Assembly: GCA_964187785.1 (NCBI GenBank)
Contig: OZ076409.1
Location: forward strand, 36,210,001 to 36,274,000
Direction of reading: 5' to 3'
Length of the DNA stretch: 64,000 nucleotides
From: Amphiscolops sp. MND2022
Lineage: Eukaryota
Part shown: positions 23,235 through 33,924 of the stretch, piece by piece
Numbering within the stretch: position 1 is the stretch's first letter
Layout: every line of letters begins with the position of its first letter
Notes under the pieces: model-generated
What the model saw: the letters and a program-made list of their open reading frames with translations, nothing else
What the model was told of the DNA's origin: nothing
Database searches by the model: none
Position numbers and translations under genes: made by a program

Positions 23235-26200
23235 CTAGGTTCTGATCCGTAAAGTGATCACGTAACGTAGCGTACCAAACCGGTACTGACTGATCGACCG
23301 TTCTGGATCATATATTGGCAAGTGGATCCGTGTGATTCGCTTTTGGTAAAGCTGGTACGTCAAAAGGGTGAGACACGCGTTGAACATTTCGGGCATCAAA
23401 GGGTGTTTATTGGATGCTCTAGTGCACAAAATAAACATTGCGTTGCTCCAATGTGCAGTTAGCGAGTGTACTAGGCGCACTGCCATGCCTACCGCCGGCC
23501 TTAAACGGAACATGTTTTCCTGTCCATATTCTCGGATAACGTAGCGAGCGGTCGCCGAGTAAGACACTAAATCCACGGGACAACACAACACTACCGTGCC
23601 GGGGGCCTGCAATAAATCCGTTGCGACGTAGGATATCCACACCAGGTAATTTTTGGTTGAGTTATTAGCCATTTGCCCGTAGCATTGCTATCATCGACAT
23701 TGGTTGAGGCGTCAAATGTTTCAAGATCGCTCTGCGATCTTGCCATACCGTGCTACCGTGCGACGCAAGGGCCTGTCGCCCATGTTGGTGCAGGACCGAT
23801 CATGCACTATGGAGAGTGCCTCGAGCACCGTTATTGGTTTTTTGGGGGTGAGGGTCTGCTGGTCCAGGACGTGTATATCTGCCTGTCGGCAGAAAACGAT
23901 TGCTTTTAGTTGAAGCCAATGTTGACTTAAGAACTCTCCGCGATAGAGATCTGCTAGATGGAAGCAGAGGGTCTCGTCAGCCTCCAACACGGTACGTAGG
24001 CTTTCCAGACACATCAGCTGCTTAATGGGGGATAGGGTCGTTGTTTCGTCTAGGGAGGTGACTAATATCCACCAACCTTGGATAGGCCGGTATATATCAC
24101 CCGGAGGGGAAGCAACATGGTATTTTCCCCGCAGCTGATGTGCGGTTATGCAGCGAATCATCTCAATTTTCTCTTGCTCACCGTTCATTTTGCCGAATTT
24201 TATGGATGGTGGCAAAGGGGGTAAGACGGCGGGTAGCGTGAATTCTAGACCGCACCGGTCATGCTGTGTCCATTCCTTGAAAGGGTAAGTGGGGCAGTCT
24301 GAGGGGGAAGTCTCGTGCATTGCTTCAAGCGTAACTTCTAGTGGTGGTACCACTCCTAGTTCTACGATGGTGTATGTTTTCTCTACAGTGATGATAATGT
24401 GTTGCACAGTCGGAGAGGGTTCGAGTTCTTGTCGTCGGGTCTTAACAGCTAGATTTCTTTGCAGAGGATGTTCTGGTGCGAGCGCCATCAGGAGTTCACG
24501 GGTGGGGATGGTTCGGTGGTTCGTTAGCCATTAGCTGTACGCAACTGCAGTTGCGGGAACCACAGGTTCCACACCTGTATCGTGGTGCCCTATTTGCTCT
24601 CAGCTGATAGCATGGCGCTTGTGAGAAGATACCCTTTTCAGTTCCAGGTTGATCCGGTGACAGGTCTTCTGAGATTTCTGGTAGTGTCCTGGCTCTGTCT
24701 AGAGTTCGGGGAGGAGCTCTAGTGCTGACTCTGGTCCGCGGGCCTCTTCTTGGCCGGGCGGTTGGCCCTCTGGAAGATGCTCTAGTCTTGCTTGAGGATG
24801 TTGTGTGGTTCCTCCTGCGATTGGGTGATCTGTCTCGAGGTCGTCCTCTTCTGTTTGAGGTGTTTGGCAGTGCAGGAAAATGGTTTGGATTTGGATTCTG
24901 GGTTTCACTCTCCCTCTCGGCTTCCTGTGGCTGTTCTGCTTCAATTAGGGGTTCTGGACCGCTAGAGTTCCCAGTCCGGAGACTGAACAAAGGGAAATTG
25001 CTTAGAGTATCCGTGAGGGATGAATTGGACAATAGTGGGGCAGATGTTCCTGAGGGTGGTGGTATCATTATTTTTGATGGTGCCTCTGGATGGATATCTT
25101 CTTGGTCTGAGAACAATGGCTCCAGGTCATCCAATTCAGGGAACACTAGATGCGGGACTGGTTCTACGATTAGTGGTTCAGTCATTTCTTGTTCTGACTC
25201 CGAGTGGGAGGGGTATCCAAAGTGACCAAATCGACGTTGTGGTATCCCTTGTTCGAGAGCCGTCTGTGTGCGGGTTTTGATGGTTCGCGGTGGAACCGGT
25301 CTGGTTGGTTCTAGTTCGAACGACGCTTATGATAGCTGCTCTGGTAAAAAAAAAGAGTCTCGGGAAATATCCGAAGCTATCTCTTGATGACTCTCTTCTA
25401 CGTATGGGTCAGCTATGGTGGCTACGTTCTGGTCTAGCCCAAAGGGCTGATGTGCTGCCCAATCCCAAGGGGCAGGTACATGCTTCTTTGATCTCTCAAA
25501 ATGAATTTTTTGACCCGTGTCTAGCACATAGAGGCGTCCGTCTTGTAGCACATCAGTTATCTTGTGAGGTCCGCGCCATGCACGAATCAGTTTGCGGGTG
25601 CCGCCTTTGGGTATATTGTGACAAAATACACAGACTGCGTCGCCAACAGCGTGTGCTTTGGCATTGAGGTGGCGGTCAAACTTCAGTTTCTGCCTCAATT
25701 GTGCTTGGTGAGTGTTTCTGCGAACTAGGTCGTGAATTTCTTGTTGTCTGAATAATAGGTGTTCTACAAACTCTTCCTTGGAGTCAAAATCTCGCGCTGC
25801 TAACTCAGGGTAGATGAATGATAATGGATTCGATATCTCTGCCCCATGTTGGAGCATATAGGGTGAAAACCCTGTATTTGCATGCCTGGTTGAGTTGTAC
25901 GCGGATAGGACTCCATCAATGTGTTCATCCCAGTCTTGCATCCTGCGCGACGTATAGACTCGGAGTAGGGTAAGCAACGTTCTTATTGTCTCTCCACGAA
26001 TCCATTGCCTCTGGGGTGCGCGGAGGTAGACGTAACTTTGGTTACCTGCGATGCTTTCATGAGTTCCTGTGCTATTTCCGCAGTGAAGTTCGTTGCATTA
26101 ACGGATTGCATCCTGGCTGGAGTGACGTGCCTTGCAAACCATTTATTTAGGATGATTTTTGCAATTGTCTGTGCATAGTACTTGTCGTGGGCGCATGGGA

Positions 26201-27920
26201 TATCTTCCGCAAACTTCGTGAAGTGGTCTATAATGACCAAGAGTCCTGTGTTACCTGATTCAGTCTTGCAGAGTTTCAGATGGTCAAACTGCACCAGGTC
26301 GTTGACGTTGCTACTGTTTGTACTTTGCAGGGGGTAACAGGGATTTCCTGCGGGGTGTTTGGTTTGTTGACACGTTAAGCAGTGCTTTATGTGATTCACC
26401 ACATCTCGCGTGATACCTGGCCAGGTGTGTCCCTCCCCTATCCTCGCCAACACTTTCCCCACGCCTTGATGTCCCGACTCGTCGTGTGCTCTGTACAGGA
26501 TTTCGTGTTGGTATAGTTGCGGCAAGACTATCATGCATGGTCGCACGTGCACTGGACGTTGTTGTGGGACAAAATTGACGCACAGTATGATGTCCGGATT
26601 TAGGAAGCGTTAGTATTTCTTTTGATTTTAGTATCGTTTCGCAAAATCCTTTACATCTTCTGGGAAGATGGCATCCTCCAAAGGTTCATCTTGCATGAGT
26701 CATTTCAAGCCAGAAGATGTATATCTCTGTTTTGTGCTAAGTTTTTCCGACCGCACTTTGTCAGGTGGTGTTCGTGTAATTCGGTTCCGATCGTTCTTGA
26801 GACATTTGCTTAGTTTTGACATACCACGGGCATCCCGTCTAGGGCAGGGTTGGGTTCCGCGGTATCTAAGCGTGCCGGTGGCACATTGGTGGTGATACTA
26901 AGAATGTGATTTGGTCTCTGGTCTTCATCAATGGTTGGTGTCGTTTCCCATTGAATCTGGGGGTACCAAGGGGTTCCACTCGCTGGTTCCTCGGCTGGCT
27001 TGTGCTTTGGCTCTTTCCGTAGGACGTACAACAGGGGTAGTTGGGCTCGAGTCTCCAGAGGAAGCTCTGGGTGATCTGATATGAGATGACCGTGCTTGTC
27101 GAAGTATGGTACGGTGGGGAGGTCTTCGTAGTTGGCTTTTGCAGCTTTATCGGGGGACATTCGTTTAGCACCTTCTTGGTGGGGAATAGCCTCTGGCTCT
27201 AACTCAATGCGATGTTTTGCTATTTTGCATCTACCTATGTCAGCTCTGTATTTCATGAAATGGGTCGTCGTACTCATTCAGCACACCCGCCAGTTGATCC
27301 CGCGCTCCTTCCCCCAAAAAGATAACACAGAGAAAAGGTCTGAACCTGGAACTGGCTTAAGCAATTGTGGGCTGGTCCTCTCACGCTTTTCATTTTCTGA
27401 CAACCCTTCCTCAGACATTTCAGTTGAAGATAAAAAAGTTTTGCGCAAACGAACTAAATTCAGAGCTAGACTCACTGAAGTCAATAGCATTAATATTATT
27501 ATTTCGATCAACAAAAAGTACAGAGGCTTCCCAAGTTTGCTCGATCGCAATTGGTTTAAACATAAAAATTGTTAGCTCCGCCTTGCCTAGGACAGTCTTA
27601 CTTTGGATTACTACGTTTTCAATGGACGTCGGCTCCTCACAGCCAAGAATACCGTGCCGTCGTGTCCGACAGAGGTTAGAGTGTCTTCTGAAACAAAGGA
27701 TCATCAGCTGTACACCCCACTGGGATGTATCACAAAGTTGCGGACAAGGTACTCATTTGGTTGTTGGGAAATGACTTGTGCCCTTACTAACTTGCGTTCA
27801 AATGGAATGAATACAACGTTCTCGGTGGAAACTACTAAGGATGGTTCTTGGTCACTAACCTCATGGACTAGTTTTAAGTAGCGTGGAGCTTCGGGGTCGC
27901 GAATGGTGACCCTCATGGAC
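23235..27920 (-). pseudogene. pol: Pol remnant of element B: dUTPase-like region, RT N-terminus, integrase, SH3/GPY-F, linker, Cys4 motif, two macrodomain-like regions
   Basis: ORF fragments 26810-27277, 25983-26552, 25327-25977, 24496-25185, 23721-24488 and 23235-23672 align by eye to element A Pol. Confidence 0.85.
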
Positions 27921-28985
27921 GCTAGGACTACCAGAACAAGGATGGTTGACCTTTTGATGGTCTTTTGATCCATCAAACCAGAACAATGATGGTCTTTTGA
28001 ACTTCATCGATCTCTAACAGAGAGCAACTGTTTCCAACAGAAATGAAGCCTCGCAACAGAAATGAAACTTCACATATCTTCCATAACATTACTTCACGGT
28101 GCTACAGCATTTTTCAAAATTGTAGTTTCACGTTGACGATTGGAGTTTTATTGGCCCAGATCCAAGCAATTCGAAGGAACACAAGCAAATATCTTGCTAA
28201 AGAATGCATCATAATGCTTTAAAAAATTTTTTCTGGAGAGAAATCTCACTTTAACTCTAGCAAGAAGAGTTCTCAGGCTTGCTCCAAACGGTAAGACAAC
28301 GCATTTCACTTCCAGTGAAGTTCTACGTGGTTCAACTTTAAGCGCTTAGGGTGTGTTTTTCTGAGAGAATATCTTTTTTCACTTTTTTCAAGCAGGGAAA
28401 AACGACTGACTTCTCAGCCGCATTTCTGCGCAAACCTCTCTTACCAGTAAATCGACATTGACAAATGTGCTTAGTTGCAATTACTTGAGATGGAATGCAA
28501 CAGGAGCTTTGGTACAGCGGTAATTTTTCCTAACTTTCAGTACAAAAGGCGTCAAGAAAAACAGACAAGTTCAAAAGTGTTTGAAAAAGACAAAACAACT
28601 AGAAAGGCTCAACAGATTTGTAACAAGTACATGTATTTATATAACTATGACAACGTTAAAGAGTTTTTCCACCTTCTCAGCTTGACAAGACCCCTTTCAA
28701 ACAAGACATCAAAAATTGGGACAGTCCGAGTTTTTCTGATATTTATTTCGAACATAGGTAACCGCGGTAACAAAAAAAAACAAATCGGTAAGAACCTTTC
28801 AATCAGTGTAGTCGTTTCAGGAATCTGTTGGAAAAAGAAAAAACATTCCGTTAAAATTACGTCTTTTCTTTGTTTGGGTGAGAAAACACTAAATAAAAAT
28901 GTGAAACAATGGAAAAATAAAAAGTTCAACATTTGCAAAATAGAATTTTATAGTTGTAGAACCATTTTTTAAAGATTCGCTTCTA

Positions 28986-29455
28986 TTTTTAGTCGGCGTT
29001 TTTTCGAAAACGTCTCTCACAATTTTTTTGAAGTTTTCTGTCAGGGATTTGTTTCCCGAGTCTTGATGTTACCTCTTTGTTATTTTTTAATCCTGTGTAA
29101 CTGATGAGTCTTCCTAATAATTTGTGGAGAAAATGCTTTCGCATCCACTTTTTCGACGCTGTGCGTCTTTTTCCCAAAATTTTATTTGGTCAAAGGGTAC
29201 CCCCACGCTGTCATAACTGATTGCGGCTTGTGGAAACTATATGATTTCTCCGAAAAAAGAATCGACAAAAATTATTTTTAGAAAAATGGATTTTTGTGTT
29301 TCGAAATGGGGAAAAGTGGTTTCCGAGTCTTCGGCGTATCCCTCATGCGTATCCCTTTTTCGGCAGTTAGAAATTGGTAAGAGTTTGAAATTAGTGTCCT
29401 TTTCATATTTAAGAAATTTGAGCGGGGCGACGTCTTGGGCCTGTCCCGGCTTGTT
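28986..29455 (+). mobile_element. HINE/DINE-1-like element (divergent subfamily)
   Basis: Starts tttttagtcggcg and ends cttgggcctgtcccggcttgtt. Confidence 0.55.
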
Positions 29456-32043
29456 TATCTTGCAATGATATCAAAGTTAATGCAAGCTATATCATGTTAT
29501 TACCTCAAGCAGGGCGTTGAATGCACTCAGAATAGAATCAAGTCTTATCAAAAAGATTTCCGAAACTGAAGATACACCACGGTCCCAAAAAGCTAAAGAC
29601 ACTTGATTTCAAACCTCAAATCGCAATAAACTTGTACATAATCAATAGAAACAAAAGCTCGAAAACGTTCTCAAATTTCAAATAGAAGTACTGGGGTAAT
29701 TTTGTTTTGAACTCACACAGAATTTACAAAAGTTATCAGATAGCAAAAGTCTTCGCTAATTTTTGACTTTTGTGTTTTTTGGAAGTTTATAAAACAATAT
29801 CTCCTGAACCGTGTTTGAGACAAACTTTGTAACTTTGATTCAACAGGTTTTTCTGCAAACGCCCCCCGTAAGAATTTATACGAAAAATTTACACAATCAA
29901 AAAATGCAGAATCGTCAATTTTTACTCCGTAAAAGATTTTTTTTCGACGAAATTACAAGTGTTTTTGGCTGTTCATTTTCAATAAAGAATTTTCAGAATA
30001 ATTTTTGAATATGAAAGGTAATATCGGTGTCACGGCGACAAAATTGACCGAAGCAGGTTTTTATTTTCACCAATTGTTTCTGAGATATTGCTTGATAAAG
30101 TTCAAAAAATTTTCCTCGAAACACAATGTGATATAATTTTTTAAAACTTTGATTCGATTTCAAAACAAAAAACACCTCTTTATTACTCATAAAAGTTCGA
30201 GTGACTTTTGCTTCTGAGATTTTTTGTAGAAGGAATATATTAAAAGATTTCGCTCTTTGAAAATTTCCGTTAGCCAAATCGACTTTTTTTTCACTTTTTT
30301 GGTACCATTGTGTAGCTGGTCATTATTCTTGAGAGATTCAATAAAATCGGAGGTTAAAATGGGAATTAAACAGTTTTAACTGCTTTTGTTTGCTTCGAAA
30401 TGTAACAATACATTAGCTTTCCGTGTAGCTCAGATTTTGGAATACCTGTAAGAATTTTCTGAGCACATATGAGATGCTATGAATTGAACCCTCAAGGTGA
30501 TATAAGGTCTCCATAGAATCCTTCCTTGTGACATCACTTTTGTTTTTAAGACTATGAAAGGCTACTTCTAAAGAGTCAATCACCTGAATGAGACCTTTTT
30601 GAATTGTCTCTCGTCATTTTACACGTCACAATGCTGTGAAATAATTCCCTATTGATTTAACATCAAATTCAAAAATCAATCTTTGTTCTTCAAAGCGTGT
30701 GAATTCGTTGACTTCGATGTTACTTCAAACTAATTTCAGGAACAGCAATTCAGTTCAACTTTACCGTATAATGTGTTTTTGTTCATAAAGTTGTTTATAG
30801 ACTTATTACAATTCAACAAAAAATAATACTCGAACATGTTCCAGACTTTTCATTAGAGCTTTTTGTTCTCTCATCTTCCTTGATAATGCAAAGCGTGTCG
30901 TTTGTAAATAGAGCTTCTTTGAAAAGTTTCAAAGAGCAACATTTGTGTTCCGATCTGTTGAATTTTACAGAAAACATGCAAAATCTGTTGTAATGACATG
31001 GAGCCAATAAACATTACAAATCTTATATCTTGAGAAATTTTCTTTTTCATTCTCAATTCAAGCAATGGACTCTCGAATAAGGGGAGTGATAGAAACCATT
31101 AAGTTTTCCATAAAACAAAATTGATTTTTTATTGGACGAACGCTCGATTGGAATTTCACATGACAAAGTGTAACTTTCTACAATACTCTATGCCGCATTT
31201 TAGGCGCCTCTTTGGTTATTTGATTTTCAAAATTCAATTTGCGCAAAATAGTCGCTAATGGAAAAATCTAATCCTAGCACCTAGCGTCAGCCTTCAAACA
31301 AAGCGAACAAAAGGTAAGATTGTCCTAATTTTTTGTAAAATTGACCTATATCACTATTCAACTATCAGTTTTGTTGTTCTGAATTTCTTATATCCGACCT
31401 TTAGTTCATTGGACCTTTTTACAGTTAATCGTTATTCTGAAACCAATCGAGAACTCTCCGATGTTTAATATTACTTTCAACTGGGGAAGTAGCAAAATGG
31501 AAAAAACTAGACTGTTGTATTAATCGCTGCCCTAAAGTCTAGAAGAAGAATGATAATAATAAGAAAAAACGTTTATTTCCCCAGATCGGGGCTGGACGCC
31601 GAATAACCAACTGCTTTTCTAAGTCTGCACACTAATCGGTACTATGACCTCATAGCAATCACCGTTGCCCTTTTATTTTGCTTTTCTCCGCCAAAAGAAA
31701 ATTGTCGATGACCATACCACCTAGGCATAAAGGACTTGCTTGAGTCCCAACAATTGTGAGTTGGGGGATATTAAAACCTGATACAGTACAAAACTTCAGG
31801 CGGCCCTCTATGCTCGCGAAACACTTTGTTTCTGCTGAAAATCATTCGGTTTGAAAAACTACAGGAAAAAAATCGCACAGTGTCGAAAAAACACAAAGGG
31901 GGACGCTTTGGTCTTCTGTTTTCTTTTGCTAGCATAAAAACTTTTCGTTTAATGAGAGGCTCGAACCCAAGTATCCCTCCTTCTTCTGAGACCTCGTTTT
32001 GAGGAAATCCGAGTGAAATTTTTAGGTCGAGTGGCAGTTACAA

Positions 32044-32815
32044 TGTAACGGCAAGCAGTTATCGGTCGCTTAACGCGTTAACAGAGGTGGAGGAACCTGC
32101 AGGAATGGGTGAATCGCTCGGGACAGGCGCCCATCGCCACAGATCCATTTTGCCTCCAGGGGTGAAATACGTCCCGGGGCCGCGGGTGCTTCGACGAATA
32201 CTGTCCAACCGGTCCTAGTCTTTGATTGCTAATAGTAACGGGCATCTTTCTGGCTCTCTAAAGACCACCGCTTAACTAGCATATAAAAACAATGCCAAGA
32301 ATAAGGTAAATTTCCAGTTCCAGGGTGACATGTGAATAAGATCTAAAATTGGGGAATAAGATCTAAACTAGCGCTAGCGCTACTGAATACAGCCAAAATC
32401 ACTGAAAATACATGAAAACAGGCACAAATATGGCAAACCACACAGCTACAAGCTGGGGCGCAGGGACTCCAAGCACCAAACAAGGATCTTTAGGCGAAAA
32501 GACTCATTTTTACGGTTTCCGCTACATAGGGTAGCATAATGCTGAAAATCAATAAAACCGGTGTTAGCACCTCAAAAAGAGTCTATTTTCGGATGTTCTT
32601 GCCGTCTCTGGCTTCTGTCATGGCGGCGCGCCCGTGTTTTTGCTCGTTCTTGCTCTTTGTTGTCGAAGTACCTGCCAATTTCGTGGAAACAGCGAAAAGA
32701 GCAATCACATGCTCAGTGCCACGTCACACATCGGATTAGAATTTTTGACAAAATTTCTGAACATGTCAAAGTTGCAAAATCGGTTGATATTGCTGTACCA
32801 GAGCTTGCCGTTACA
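32044..32815 (-). repeat. 3' LTR of element A
   Basis: Termini tgtaacggcaagc...gcttgccgttaca (13-bp perfect inverted termini). It is nearly identical to 46287-47058. Confidence 0.95.
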
Positions 32816-33924
32816 TCACTCCCCGGGCTTTATGCATGACGTCCCTGTCATGCGGAGAAGCTGGCATTGAATACATCGCCACATCATGAGTGCAATCCAC
32901 GGGGATCTCAAACTGGCGATGTTGCAACGGTCCAGTGGCACTGTCGTCTTTTGCTGATTGGGCAACCATGAGGTCTTGCTTCTTGCCATCCAGAGAACCT
33001 GCATCGTCCACAAACTGTTGAAACAGAGCTAGCTCGAGAGCTAGAAAACCAGTACTCAAAAATGCACCTTGAAATTGATCAAATCCAAGATTCCATACAT
33101 CAATCAAAAAAGCACAACTTTTTTAGTACGAGTTTTTTGCAAAAGTCTGAATAGGATACTGCTAGCACTTTGGTTTTTGGACGTCTAAAATTTCTTTTAC
33201 GGAGCGCTAACGCTCCAAAGCGCACGTGGTTCTCAGCAAAACATCTTTTCCAAGGCAATAAAATTTCAGTTTGCAGCACAGTTAAAATTTCTTTTCGCTA
33301 AAACTTCTTTTCGGCAGTAAAACCACTGTTTAAAAGGAAGACAAGCTGTTTCTTGGATACTTTTTTTACAGTTCGGCTTGGTTTGGGCAACACGCACTGA
33401 TGTGCAGCTCCATACCTGTATAGAGTTCAGTAGCATCGGTCAAGGAGCGCATCAGAAGCAAACTACGAACTGCTCGTAAGAGTGAGCACTGGAGTAAAGC
33501 AGACAAAGGTAGATCAAATCTCGCCATTTGCAGATCAGGAGCGCGCGCGCTCTTTATTTTTCCGGATATCACGTTGGAATCTGGAGGAAACTTCAGGAAA
33601 TCTTGAAAAAAAACAGAAATAGCACCTTTCGGGCGTAGCAATACATGTAGAGTTTTTGGGTTACTTATTGCACTGGAACTCCCCGGGCTTTAATCGTTGA
33701 GCACCTTCATTATTATTAAGATAGCAATGACTAACAAAAAATGCGAAAAAAAGCGAGAGGATGGATTGGGCGTTGAAGACACCCCTTCCCCCCTTGAAAA
33801 GAAGTGGAGTGTGGTTCTGGCAATGGATTTCAACGCACGCTACCACAAGGTAACCAGCAACGCGTATTAAGCATGAGATATCAGGATAGCAAATTGAAAC
33901 TTAACAAAAAAATTTACGTTGAAG

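Larger units (their letters stand above)
18961..27920 (-). mobile_element. Decayed Ty3/Gypsy element B (5'-truncated, RT/RH deleted) with extended Pol tail and accessory ORFs
   Basis: Integrase motifs HDESGH..CLTC, VQFDHLK and GFVERQ. It is colinear with element A from the post-protease domain to the macrodomains, with an internal deletion at ~27130. Confidence 0.9.

Noticed and set aside
28475..28972. 165-aa K-rich ORF
   Set aside because: AT-rich and low-complexity with a non-ATG start and no domain signal.
32281..32556. Plus-strand TATAAAA and AATAAA suggesting the LTR is oriented opposite to gag-pol
   Set aside because: The AATAAA reads GATAAA in the solo copy, and the PPT position supports minus-strand orientation.
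32539..32870. Short ORFs repeated at 46782-47118 and 57332-57666
   Set aside because: They recur only because they lie within LTR copies and have no protein features.
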